Positions 9,643 to 19,042 of a stretch of 64,000 bases of DNA are shown piece by piece. The stretch comes from an uncultured Verrucomicrobiae bacterium (GTDB taxonomy: Bacteria; Verrucomicrobiota; Verrucomicrobiia; Chthoniobacterales; JAATET01), in contig CAVRCI010000001.1 of assembly GCA_963719495.1 (NCBI GenBank), positions 256,001-320,000 on the forward strand, in the 5' to 3' direction. Made by a program: the position numbers and the translations under genes. How positions within the stretch are numbered: position 1 is the stretch's first letter; each line of letters starts with the position of its first letter. Below the pieces are notes generated by a model that saw only the letters and a program-made list of their open reading frames with translations, had not been told where the DNA came from and did not search any database.

Positions 9643-10749
9643 CTACGCCGCCACCGGCGAGTCCACCGCCCGATACCAATTATCCCGCCTCCGCGGCTCA
9701 TACCCGGCCTCGCGGATCAGCCGCTCGATCTCGTCCGAATTCAGCCGGAAGCTCGTCCCCGCGCTGCTCACCACGTTTTCCTCCATCATCACGCTGCCAA
9801 AATCGTTCGCCCCGTATTTCAAAGCAACCTGCCCGATCCGCGGCCCCTGGGTCACCCACGAGCTCTGCACGTTCTCGAAATTATCGAGGTAGATCCGCGA
9901 CAGCGCCTGCATCCGCAGATACTCCGCCGAGCCCACCGGCTCCGCCTTGAGCTTCGTGTTCTCCGGCTGAAACGTCCAACAGATGAACGCCGTGAAGCCC
10001 CCGGTCTCGTCCTGCAAATCCCGCAAACGCCGCAGATGCTCGACCCGCTCCTCGAACGTCTCGACGTGGCCAAACATCATCGTCGCGCTGGAGTTCATCC
10101 CCTGACCGTGCGCGATCCGCATCACCTCCAGCCACTGATCCGAATTGCACTTCAACGGCGCGATGCGGTCCCGCACCCGGTCGACGAGAATCTCGCCCCC
10201 ACCCCCCGGAATCGACCCCAACCCGGCTTCACGGAATTGCCGAATCACCTCCCCGATCGACATCTGGAAGACCTCGGCGAAATGATTGAACTCCGGCGGA
10301 CTGAACGCGTGAATGTTGATGTGCGGGTAGTTGTCCCGAATGTGCGAGAGCAACGTCAGATAATAGTCGATCCCGAGCTTCGGATGATGCCCACCCTGCA
10401 TGAGAATCTGAATCCCATCGACCGCCGTCAGCTCATCCAGTTTCCGATCAATTTCATCGAGCGAGAGAACGTAGGAATCCGCGTCCTTCTCGGTCCGGTA
10501 GAAGGCGCAGAATTTGCAGTAGACGTTGCAGATGTTCGTGTAATTGATGTTTCGGTCGATGATGTAGGTCACCACGTCATTCCCCCGCCCCCCAAGCGCA
10601 TCCGCCTTTGCAATCTGACGACGGGCATCCGCCAGCGCTCCCAGTTCATTCAGAGGCAGTTGGTAAAGCGCCGCCGCATCCGCCGCGTCGATCCGCTCCC
10701 CGTCGAGCACCTTGTCCATCACCGACTCGCTATCAATCGCAGCAACCAT
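9643..10749 (-). CDS. mqnC: Cyclic dehypoxanthinyl futalosine synthase (radical SAM)
   Basis: TYIIDRNINYTNICNVYCKFCAFYR, LMQGGHHP, SIPGGGGEIL, QSSWVTQG, GANDFGSVMMEENVV. Confidence 0.92.
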   Translation of the reverse strand: MVAAIDSESVMDKVLDGERIDAADAAALYQLPLNELGALADARRQIAKADALGGRGNDVVTYIIDRNINYTNICNVYCKFCAFYRTEKDADSYVLSLDEIDRKLDELTAVDGIQILMQGGHHPKLGIDYYLTLLSHIRDNYPHINIHAFSPPEFNHFAEVFQMSIGEVIRQFREAGLGSIPGGGGEILVDRVRDRIAPLKCNSDQWLEVMRIAHGQGMNSSATMMFGHVETFEERVEHLRRLRDLQDETGGFTAFICWTFQPENTKLKAEPVGSAEYLRMQALSRIYLDNFENVQSSWVTQGPRIGQVALKYGANDFGSVMMEENVVSSAGTSFRLNSDEIERLIREAGYEPRRRDNWYRAVDSPVAA

Positions 10750-10842
10750 AAATCCTCAAAGTAAAAGAAACGCCCCACACTGCAAACCAGACTCACCCGC
10801 ATTCCCCACCATTCACCAGTCACCAATCACGGCGAAGCCAAC

Positions 10843-11943
10843 CTAGCTCACCGTCCGCCGGTGGATCCACACGCTCTGCAACAGCCCGAAGCTGATCAAA
10901 ATAATCAACAAAAACGACCCGCCGTAGCTCACCAGCGGCAGCGGCAGGCCGGTGATCGGCGTCACCGCGACCGTCATCCCGATGTTCATGAAAATGTGCG
11001 CAAACAGCAGCATGGTCACCCCGGCAGCCAATAATCGCCCCAGATCGTCCCCGGCCGTCATCACCACGTAAAGGCACACCAGCAGCAAAAACGCGAAGAC
11101 CGCGATCAGAATCGCCCCGCCGAGGAACCCATGCTGCTCCCCGAGCACCGAAAAAATAAAATCGTTGTGAACGATCGTGCTCGGCAGGAAGCCGAGTTCA
11201 TTCTGCGTATTCTCCGCGCGAAAACCCTTGCCGCCCCAGCCGCCGGACCCAATCGCTATGAGCGATTGATTGATCGTCCAACCCGCGCCCTGCGGGTCCA
11301 GATCGGGATCGAGGAACACCAGAATCCGGTCCTTCTGGTAGGGCTTCAGCCCGAAGTTCACGATCAGCGGCACCATCGCCACCCCGAGCAGAATCATGCT
11401 GACCAAATACCGCAGCGGCACCGCGCCAATGAAGAGCATCCCGAAGATCACCGGGATCCAGACCAGCGCCGAACCCAGATCCGGCTGAATGAGGATAAGC
11501 ACCCAAGGCGCGCCCACGATGGCCCCGCACGCCGCAATCCGGAAAAACGGGTGCAGCGCCTTGAATTGACTCAGAAACAACGCCAGCACCAGAATCCCCG
11601 CCAGGATCGCCAACTGCGAAGGCTGGAAGTTCATCACCCCGAGATCCAGCCAACTCCGCGCCCCGTAGCGCTTCTCACCGATGAACATCGTCGCCAACAG
11701 CGTCCCCAAGCCGACGACGTAGATCGGCAGCGCCCCCCAGCGCACCCAACGATAGTCGATCATCGAAACCACAAAAAAGACCGGTAGACAGATGAACATC
11801 CACTGGATCTGCGACTCCCAGAAGGTGTCCGTCCGCGACCACGTCGCGCTGTAGATCGCGTAGATTCCGAAGACCATCAGGCCCAGCATCATGCCGAGCA
11901 GGATCCAATTGAAGCCGAGCAGTTTTCTGAGGTAAGGGTGCAT
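10843..11943 (-). CDS. rodA: Rod shape-determining SEDS protein RodA
   Basis: GARSW, FQPSQLA, QPDLGSA, LKPYQKDRI, QSLIAIGSGG, DFIFSVLGE, PITGLPLPLVSYGGS. Confidence 0.88.
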   Translation of the reverse strand: MHPYLRKLLGFNWILLGMMLGLMVFGIYAIYSATWSRTDTFWESQIQWMFICLPVFFVVSMIDYRWVRWGALPIYVVGLGTLLATMFIGEKRYGARSWLDLGVMNFQPSQLAILAGILVLALFLSQFKALHPFFRIAACGAIVGAPWVLILIQPDLGSALVWIPVIFGMLFIGAVPLRYLVSMILLGVAMVPLIVNFGLKPYQKDRILVFLDPDLDPQGAGWTINQSLIAIGSGGWGGKGFRAENTQNELGFLPSTIVHNDFIFSVLGEQHGFLGGAILIAVFAFLLLVCLYVVMTAGDDLGRLLAAGVTMLLFAHIFMNIGMTVAVTPITGLPLPLVSYGGSFLLIILISFGLLQSVWIHRRTVS

Positions 11944-11985
11944 TCGCGTCGGCGACTGTCGGCTATGGGATCGCCACTGGCAACC

Positions 11986-12783
11986 TCACAAAGTCGGCAC
12001 CGCGGCCAGCAATTTGCGGGTGTATTCGTCCTTCGGATCCCGGTAAATCTCCTCCGCCGAAGCGCTCTCCACCACCCGGCCCCGGTTCATCACCAGCACG
12101 TGATCGCTGATGTGCTCCACGACGGCGAGGTCGTGCGCGATGAACAAATACGCGATCCCGTATTGCTCCTGGAGGTCCTGAAGAAGATTCACGATCTGCG
12201 CCTGCACGCTCACGTCCAACGCGCTCACCGGTTCGTCGCACACGATGAACTTTGGCTCCACGGCCAGCGCCCGGGCGATCCCGATCCGCTGCCGTTGTCC
12301 GCCGCTGAACTCGTGCGGATACCGTGCCATCATTTCGCCCTTGAGCCCCACCTTCTCGAGCAACTCCGCGACCCGCGCCCGGCGATCCTTCGCCTTCATC
12401 GATCGAAAATGCACCTCCAACGCTTCGCCCACGATCGTCCCGATCGTCATCCGCGGATTCAGCGATCCAAACGGATCCTGAAAAATCATCTGCATCTCCC
12501 GCCGCAGCGGCCGGAACGCGCTCTCGCTCAGCGGCAGGATCTCGCGTCCCTGGTATCGGACGGAACCCGACGTCACCTCGTTCAGCTTGAGCACGGCCCG
12601 CCCCACGGTCGTCTTCCCGCTCCCGCTCTCGCCGACCAGCCCGACCGTCTGCCCCGGCTTCACGACAAAACTCACGCCGTCGACGGCCTTCACCTCACCG
12701 ATCCGACGCCGCAGCAGCCCACCAAGCACCGGGAACCACACCCGCAGGTCGGTCACTTCCAAAAGAGGCGTCGCGTCGTCCAT
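11986..12783 (-). CDS. Oligopeptide/dipeptide ABC transporter ATP-binding protein (OppF/DppF-like)
   Basis: Walker [41 protein letters not shown]; start placed at MDDATPLL. Confidence 0.92.
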   Translation of the reverse strand: MDDATPLLEVTDLRVWFPVLGGLLRRRIGEVKAVDGVSFVVKPGQTVGLVGESGSGKTTVGRAVLKLNEVTSGSVRYQGREILPLSESAFRPLRREMQMIFQDPFGSLNPRMTIGTIVGEALEVHFRSMKAKDRRARVAELLEKVGLKGEMMARYPHEFSGGQRQRIGIARALAVEPKFIVCDEPVSALDVSVQAQIVNLLQDLQEQYGIAYLFIAHDLAVVEHISDHVLVMNRGRVVESASAEEIYRDPKDEYTRKLLAAVPTL

Positions 12784-13025
12784 CGGAGAAAGAGCTAAGT
12801 CGCGACGCCCCGAAAACGCAAGCCACCCGCTTGCGCGTCCCCCATCGGGTGTGATCGAAAGCGGGTCCGGACCGGAAGAAGAATCTCGTGAACGCCACGA
12901 ACGTCTGACCGAGGGGACGACAGGAGGCTGTCGACGAGTCCGTGGGAGATCGCCACGGTCCAAGGCCTCGCAGCATCGGGTCTCCCGCCTCATCTAGACG
13001 CCCCCCCCAATTCCCGCGGAGTCTC

Positions 13026-13059
13026 CCGATAAAACGTAACGGCCGTTACGTTTTATCGG
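13026..13059. promoter_or_regulatory. Perfect 34 bp palindrome of unknown function
   Basis: ccgataaaacgtaacgg|ccgttacgttttatcgg, no spacer, AT-rich relative to its surroundings. Confidence 0.55.
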
Positions 13060-13343
13060 TGGCGGAATCATTCATTCATCCGTTCGTTCGCTCGCCACTC
13101 CCCGTCCCGGGACCCCCGGATCCGCGGCCTTCCGACGGGCAAGCTCCGGCTCGCCAGCGGTAAGGCCCGGGCTCTGCCGCCAACACCGAGGTTAGCGGGA
13201 GATTTGCTTCTCCGCGCGGGTGATATCGTGGCCACCCGAGGGAGGGTTTACTCGCGGCTCGACGCGGCCTGGCTCGTTGATCCCAATCTCGCTCGCACCT
13301 TAGGGCTCAGCCTTGAACGCACTTTTAATCACATCCCCCCCAT

Positions 13344-13519
13344 CTGTGATTTCGAGCGAAGCGAAGAGCCGAAGGCCGCCTTTCACTTCTTCATCAGATA
13401 AAAAAGGCAATCTCTGGCTTACACTCCTCTCCGTCCGCAGTCCGCACCGCCCGCCACCCCCCCCCGCAACCCGTCGAATCCAAGAAGCCAGAGATCTTTC
13501 GCTCCGCTCAAGATGACAG
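13344..13519. repeat. Inverted pair of family A (GTCAT-type) palindromic repeats
   Basis: ctgtgatttcgagcgaagcgaag...aatctctggctt and the reverse copy aagccagagatctttcgctccgctcaagatgacag. Confidence 0.7.
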
Positions 13520-13585
13520 GTTTTGGAAGGAGAGCACCCGCGCGCCGAGCATCCTCGAACCTCGACCGCCCTCGACCCTCGACCC

Positions 13586-14044
13586 CTAAAGCTTCTCCGC
13601 CGCCCGCGCCAGCGCGGCCACGAAATCTTCGCCGGTCTCCGCCGCGAGTAATTTCTCGAACGCAGCCGGGTCGCGGCAGACCCGCGCAATCGCTCCCACG
13701 ACCTGCAGATACACCGAATCAAACGCCGCTGGAATCCCGACCACGAAATACAGCCGCACCGGCTCGCCGATCTCCGGCACCACCGTGCCCGGAACCGCCC
13801 GGCCCGCCGCCATCACGAGTTCGGTGACCCCGGCCGTCCGGCCGTGCGCGATGCAGATGCCCGATTCGCCCTCGCAGATCGCCGTGGCATCGCGCTGCAG
13901 CACCGCCGCGCCGAGCGCGTCCCAATCCTTCACCCGCGCGTCGCCCCGCAGCTTGCCGAGCAATTCGGTGACCGCCGCGCGCTTGTCCGTGGGCTTGAGG
14001 GCGAGATTCACGTCGCTCGCGAGCAGGATTTCTTGGATGTCCAT
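13586..14044 (-). CDS. PTS IIA-domain (PtsN/Fru-type) protein
   Basis: DKRAAVTELL, VLQRDAT, phosphoacceptor ICIAHGR, PVRLYFVVG. Confidence 0.85.
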   Translation of the reverse strand: MDIQEILLASDVNLALKPTDKRAAVTELLGKLRGDARVKDWDALGAAVLQRDATAICEGESGICIAHGRTAGVTELVMAAGRAVPGTVVPEIGEPVRLYFVVGIPAAFDSVYLQVVGAIARVCRDPAAFEKLLAAETGEDFVAALARAAEKL

Positions 14045-14071
14045 GGATTTGTTCTACGCCCCAAAGGCCGG

Positions 14072-14926
14072 TTAGACGTTGCTGCCGCTCCACTTGAGCT
14101 TCTGCCGAAGCACGTCGGTGAACGGGCGCTCGGGCAGCATCGCCAGCGGCAGACAACGCGAGGATTTCGTCACACGCAAGGTTTCGTCCGCATCCATCGG
14201 CACGGAAGCCTGCCCATCCACGGTCACGAAAACCAATTGATCCGGCACCACCATCCGCGCCTCGAGCGTCGACTCGTCGCTCACGACCACGGTTCGGTTC
14301 GTCAGCACGTGCGGGCAGATCGGCGTCACGACCGTCACGCCCGAACTCGGCAGCAGAATCGGTCCGCCCGCCGACAACGAGTAGGCGGTCGAACCCGTGG
14401 GCGTCGCGATGATCAGCCCATCGGCGTTGTAATCCGTGAGCGTCTCACCATCGACTTCGACGTGAATCCGCACCAGCCGCGAAGGCTCGCCGCCCGTCAG
14501 AACGACGTCGTTCAGTCCGAAAAACGACCGCACCGATCCGTCGCCCGCGATCAATTCGACCTTGAGAAGATGCCGCCGACTCAGCACGAAATCCTTCGCC
14601 AGGATCGACTCCACGGCCCGCCCCGCCTCCTGCGGCCCGAGACACGTCAGAAAACCCAGCGATCCGATGTTGATCCCGAACACGGGCCGCAATTGCTCCC
14701 GCACCCGATGCACCGCGCGCAGGATCGTCCCGTCGCCGCCCATGATCACCAGGAGCTCGCAGCGGGTCGCGAGTTCGTACTCGTCGAGGTCCGATTCGCG
14801 CCCGATCAGGGAAGCCGTGTGCGCCTCCAACTCGTAGGACGCTCCCCGGGAATCGAGTTCGGCGCAGAGGGTCGTAACCAGCTCTCGCGCGTCGGCTTTC
14901 TCGGAATGGGCGAGCAGTCCGATCAT
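14072..14926 (-). CDS. nadK: NAD(+) kinase
   Basis: GGDGTIL, GINIGSLGFL, NDVV, ADGLIIATPTGSTAYSLSAGGP. Confidence 0.95.
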   Translation of the reverse strand: MIGLLAHSEKADARELVTTLCAELDSRGASYELEAHTASLIGRESDLDEYELATRCELLVIMGGDGTILRAVHRVREQLRPVFGINIGSLGFLTCLGPQEAGRAVESILAKDFVLSRRHLLKVELIAGDGSVRSFFGLNDVVLTGGEPSRLVRIHVEVDGETLTDYNADGLIIATPTGSTAYSLSAGGPILLPSSGVTVVTPICPHVLTNRTVVVSDESTLEARMVVPDQLVFVTVDGQASVPMDADETLRVTKSSRCLPLAMLPERPFTDVLRQKLKWSGSNV

Positions 14927-15666
14927 GGCCGGATGCAGGCAAGGTATTCGACGTTGCCGTTCGTTCCGGTGATCGGCGACTCGATCACGCCGGCCCAGGT
15001 CCGCCCCATCGTCTCCTCGACGAAGCGCTCGATCTTCTCGACCGCCGAGTAGCGCACGACGGGATCCGTCACGATCCCGCCCCGCCCGACCTGGTCGCGC
15101 GAAAGTTCAAATTGAGGTTTTACCAGCACCACCATCACTCCGTCCGGCTCGATCAACTCAAACGCGGGCGGCACAATCAAGGTCAACGAGATAAAACTCA
15201 CGTCCGCCACCGCGATCGCGACCCGCTCGCCGATGTCGTCGAATCCCAGATTGCGGCAGTTGATTTTCTCCCGCTCCCGCACGCGCTCGTCGCTGCGGAT
15301 CCGCCAATGCAGCTGCCCGTGACCGACGTCCAGCGCGTGGACGCGAACCGCCCCGCGCTGCAGCAGACAGTCGGTGAATCCCCCGGTCGACGCCCCGACG
15401 TCGAGGCAGACTTTCCCGGTGGGATCGACCCCGAACGCGTCCAGCGCCGCCTCGAGCTTGAGCCCGCCTCGGCTCACGTATTTCTCCCCACCGCGGACCT
15501 CGACCTCCGAATCGACGGGCACGCGAGTCCCGGGTTTTTCCAATCTCTGACCCGCCACGAACACCCGCCCAGCCATGAGCGCCCGCTGCGCGCGCTCGCG
15601 GGATTCGCTCAATCCACGGGCGACCAGCAGGGCGTCGAGCCGCATTTTTTCGGAGTTGTGGGCCAT
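14923..15666 (-). CDS. tlyA: TlyA-family rRNA methyltransferase
   Basis: S4 domain RLDALLV, YVSRGGLKL, LDVGASTGGFTDCLLQRGA, DVSFISL, KPQFE. Confidence 0.93.
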   Translation of the reverse strand: MAHNSEKMRLDALLVARGLSESRERAQRALMAGRVFVAGQRLEKPGTRVPVDSEVEVRGGEKYVSRGGLKLEAALDAFGVDPTGKVCLDVGASTGGFTDCLLQRGAVRVHALDVGHGQLHWRIRSDERVREREKINCRNLGFDDIGERVAIAVADVSFISLTLIVPPAFELIEPDGVMVVLVKPQFELSRDQVGRGGIVTDPVVRYSAVEKIERFVEETMGRTWAGVIESPITGTNGNVEYLACIRP

Positions 15667-15715
15667 TGGAATTGAATTAAAGTCCTCGGTCTTTCACGCC
15701 AGCCCGCCTTCCCGC

Positions 15716-15973
15716 ATGTCCGATTCCGATCTCAATCTCCGCATCAAACAAATGATGGTCGAAAATCTGATGTTGAAGATGCAACCCGAAGAGATTGCCG
15801 ACGACACGCCTCTTTTTTCCCCCGAAGGCCTCGCCCTCGACTCCATCGACGCCCTCGAGCTCGCCGTCGGTCTCGAGAAACACTTCGGAGTCGCCACCCC
15901 CAGCGCCGAAGTCGCCCGCACCGCCTTCGAAAGCGTCAACACGATCGCAACCTACGTGCGGGAAAATGCGTGA
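15716..15973 (+). CDS. Acyl carrier protein
   Basis: Acidic 85 aa protein with phosphopantetheine site LALDSIDALEL. Confidence 0.88.
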   Translation: MSDSDLNLRIKQMMVENLMLKMQPEEIADDTPLFSPEGLALDSIDALELAVGLEKHFGVATPSAEVARTAFESVNTIATYVRENA

Positions 15974-15974
15974 G

Positions 15975-16090
15975 TGGGTCCAAAGTCCAAGGTCGGAAAG
16001 TCATTTTTGAATCGCTGGTGCGATTTTCGAAAATGCACTCTTCGACCTTCTGACCTCTCGACCTTGGACCTTCCGACCTTCCGACCTTCC
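15975..16090. repeat. Degenerate 8-mer simple-repeat arrays in inverted arrangement
   Basis: gtccaaagtccaaggtcggaaagtc on the left; cgaccttc/gaccttcc runs on the right, between convergent genes. Confidence 0.55.
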
Positions 16091-17152
16091 TCAATCCCCA
16101 AAGGTAATCCCAACGGCCCGCGCCGCCGCCACCATTTGACCGTCCACCGGCACCCGCCGGAGCCGGTGCACCGCGTGCGAGATCGGCACGCTCTCGACCT
16201 CGTGATTCTGGTAGCTGACCATCGTCCCGAAGCTCTCGGCGGCGATCAGTTGCACCGCCTTCACCCCGAAGCGCGTCCCCAGGATCCGGTCCATTGGCGT
16301 CGGCGCGCCGCCCCGCTGCAGGTGCCCGAGCACGCACGCCCGCGACTCCTTCCCGGTGCGTTTCCCCACCTCGTGCGCGACGTATTCCCCGATCCCGCCC
16401 AGCCGGGACTCACCGTCGACCGTCGTCTGCCGGTGCTGTCGCCCCTCGCGCCCACCCGCTCCTTCGGCCACCACGATCATCGTGCTCCGCCTCCCCGCCG
16501 CGTCCCGGCGCATTACCTCGGCGACCACGGCGTCGAGATCGAAGGCGATCTCCGGGATGAGAATGATGTCCGCGCCTCCCGCCATGCCGCCGTGCAGCGC
16601 GATCCAACCGGTGTGCCTCCCCATCACCTCGACCACCATCAGGCGTTTGTGGCTCGTCGCCGTCGTGTGCAATCGATCCATCGCTTCCGTCACGCAGGTC
16701 AGCGCCGAATCGAAACCGAACGTGATCGCCGTCGCCTCGAGATCGTTGTCGATTGTCTTCGGCACGCCCACGACCGGAAAACCCGCCTCGAACAACCGCA
16801 GTCCCGTGGACAGCGAGCCATCCCCGCCGATCACGATCAGTCCCGACAGACCCCATTCATCGAAGGTCCGCCGCGCTTTCTCGATCACCTCGCCCGAGAC
16901 CCCACCCCGGGCGACGAAATGCCCGCGGTTTGTCGTCCCGAGGATCGTCCCCCCCAGATGCATGATCCCAGCCGTCGAGGCCCGGTCCAGCCCGACATGA
17001 TCGCCCGGAGGCAGCAGGCCCTCGAATCCATCCCGGATGCCCACGACCTCCCAGTCGAGGCCCTCGGCCGCCCGGACCACGCCGCGCAGCACGGCATTCA
17101 AGCCGGGGCAATCCCCGCCACTCGTCAGGACCCCGATCCGCTTTGCCGCCAT
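16091..17152 (-). CDS. pfkA: 6-phosphofructokinase
   Basis: LTSGGDCPGLNA, GGTILGT, IGGDGS, PKTIDND, EVMGRHTGW, LGHLQRGG. Confidence 0.95.
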   Translation of the reverse strand: MAAKRIGVLTSGGDCPGLNAVLRGVVRAAEGLDWEVVGIRDGFEGLLPPGDHVGLDRASTAGIMHLGGTILGTTNRGHFVARGGVSGEVIEKARRTFDEWGLSGLIVIGGDGSLSTGLRLFEAGFPVVGVPKTIDNDLEATAITFGFDSALTCVTEAMDRLHTTATSHKRLMVVEVMGRHTGWIALHGGMAGGADIILIPEIAFDLDAVVAEVMRRDAAGRRSTMIVVAEGAGGREGRQHRQTTVDGESRLGGIGEYVAHEVGKRTGKESRACVLGHLQRGGAPTPMDRILGTRFGVKAVQLIAAESFGTMVSYQNHEVESVPISHAVHRLRRVPVDGQMVAAARAVGITFGD

Positions 17153-17170
17153 GAAAAAACTTCCCGCGCT

Positions 17171-18088
17171 CTAGAGAGTGTCCGATTTGGTAATCTGCCG
17201 CCCTCCGGCGACCCACGCATCGTGCAGCTGCCAGGCCTTCCGCATCATCATGGAGCCCTCCGCCGAACGATCCTGGACGCCGAGCAGCACCACGATCACG
17301 CGCCGCGGAATGACGGTCAGCTGATCGCCCTCCTGCCGCGATTCGGCAACCCGGTCGGCTGAGAGAATGATGCAATCCCCGGCCTTCGCCGTGCGCCCCG
17401 TTTTGACCCCATCGATTCCATCTTGGTCGAGCAGCGGATTGGTGTTCCGCAACGCCACCGGGAAGACCTGACCCTGCCGATCGATCCGGATATCCCGCGT
17501 CTTCTGCGAAACGTAAAACTGAAACGAAGGCTTCCGATAAGCGTAGCGCGTCAACCTCGCGAGGTCCTCGGCCGTGGAATGGGGGAGGCTCCCTTCCACG
17601 TTATCCAGTCCGCTCGGATTCCGGAAGCGCGTCCGGGTCATGAGCAGGCTCTCGGCGAGCCCGTTCATGTGAGCGACAAAGTTCTGCTCCGGATCCAGCC
17701 CCTTCGGATTGGGGAGCCGCCGTCCGACGTGATCCGCCAGGGTGTGCGCCGCAATGTTGTCCGACGACATCAGAGCTGCGTAGAGCAGATCGCGCAGCGA
17801 CACCAGATCCCCCGGCTGAAAGCCCGTTGGATTCACCCCGCCGACCTGCACAGCCCGCGCGGGCACCGACACCATCTCGCCGAGATCCGCCGACTTCAGC
17901 TTCGCCCAATCGAGGACGACCATCGCCGTCGCGACCTTGGTCAGACTCGCGATCTGCCGTTTGTCGTCGCGGTCCTCGGACGCCAGCACGTAGCCCGTGA
18001 GTTCATCGACGATGGCGTAGCTCTCCACCGCCCGGAGCCCCGAAGTCGCGCAGAGGAGGGTGGCAAGAAATAGAAATCCGTTTCGCAT
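17171..18088 (-). CDS. D-alanyl-D-alanine carboxypeptidase (peptidase S11)
   Basis: Signal peptide; IASLTK (SxxK), SDN, KTG motifs. Confidence 0.9.
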   Translation of the reverse strand: MRNGFLFLATLLCATSGLRAVESYAIVDELTGYVLASEDRDDKRQIASLTKVATAMVVLDWAKLKSADLGEMVSVPARAVQVGGVNPTGFQPGDLVSLRDLLYAALMSSDNIAAHTLADHVGRRLPNPKGLDPEQNFVAHMNGLAESLLMTRTRFRNPSGLDNVEGSLPHSTAEDLARLTRYAYRKPSFQFYVSQKTRDIRIDRQGQVFPVALRNTNPLLDQDGIDGVKTGRTAKAGDCIILSADRVAESRQEGDQLTVIPRRVIVVLLGVQDRSAEGSMMMRKAWQLHDAWVAGGRQITKSDTL

Positions 18089-18185
18089 GATTGGTGCCGC
18101 GAAAAATAGGGCCGGGGTCCCAATTAGCAATCCCGAAACCAAACCCGCCGCCCGCCCACCCATCCAGATCCCGCGGTTCGGGCGA

Positions 18186-18926
18186 CTACTTCAACTCGTC
18201 CGCCGGAAAGGCCGCCCGATCCGCCAGCCGCAACACCCGTTCCTGCCTCCGCCGCACCCGCGCCGACGGGTTCCCCACCGACCATTCCTTCGGATTCGGC
18301 ATCACCGCGACCATCATCGCCATCTGGCCGCGCGTCAGCTCGTCCAGCCCTTTGCCGTAAAACGTCTCCGCCGCCGCGCCGACCCCGTAGACCCCATCGC
18401 CAAGCTCGATGACGTTGAGATACAACTCGAGAATCCGCCGCTTGGGCAACAGCGCCTCCATCAGCACGGTATAATAAGCCTCCAGCCCCTTGCGAATCCA
18501 CGACCGCCCCTGCCAGAGAAACACCGAGCGCGCGCACTGCATCGAGATCGTCGAGGCTCCCCGCGGCGCCCCGCCGCTCTTCTTCGCCTCCCGCAACGCC
18601 ATCCGGATCTCCTCGAAATCGATCCCGTCGTGCTCGAAAAAACGCTGATCCTCCGAAGCCCACACCAGCTTGATCTGCTCACGCGGGATCTCCGAGATTG
18701 GCAGCCATTCGTAGCGCAAGCCCCGCTCCTTCGCCGCCCCCTCCGCCCCGAGCCGAAACCTCACCATCTCCGGCGTCAGCGGCGGATCGACCACCCGCAC
18801 GCACCCCACCTCCAGCACCGGCACCACCACGACGAGCAGAATTCCAATCGCACCCCAGCGCAGGCAACGCCCAAGCCACGACCGCTGGCGCGCCGGTTTT
18901 TTCTTTCGCTTCAACCTCCCCATCAT
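18186..18926 (-). CDS. mtgA: Monofunctional peptidoglycan transglycosylase
   Basis: ASEDQRFFEHDGID, RGASTISMQ, RKGLEA, KRRILELYLNVIE. Confidence 0.92.
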   Translation of the reverse strand: MMGRLKRKKKPARQRSWLGRCLRWGAIGILLVVVVPVLEVGCVRVVDPPLTPEMVRFRLGAEGAAKERGLRYEWLPISEIPREQIKLVWASEDQRFFEHDGIDFEEIRMALREAKKSGGAPRGASTISMQCARSVFLWQGRSWIRKGLEAYYTVLMEALLPKRRILELYLNVIELGDGVYGVGAAAETFYGKGLDELTRGQMAMMVAVMPNPKEWSVGNPSARVRRRQERVLRLADRAAFPADELK

Positions 18927-19042
18927 CCAGCGACTCGCGGACGACGGATCAACCAAAAAATCGAACCAAAAAATCGCACAGGCCATCGGAAACTGAAAAT
19001 GCCTAGAAATAAACCGCCCGTGCTCTTAGGCTGGATCGATTG

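Noticed and set aside
12855..12890. SRP RNA (gggtccggaccggaagaag)
   Set aside because: It lacks the conserved CAGG...GGAA...AGCAG helix-8 pattern.
13026..13059. parS, dif or telomere-resolution site
   Set aside because: It does not match the canonical consensus sequences, and no ParB, Xer or protelomerase gene is in the window. Kept only as an unexplained palindrome.
13060..13340. tmRNA, RNase P RNA or small CDS in the intergenic gap
   Set aside because: No tRNA-like ends or GAGGAAAGUCC motif were found, and the short ORFs are motif-free. A few hairpins are present but are not diagnostic.
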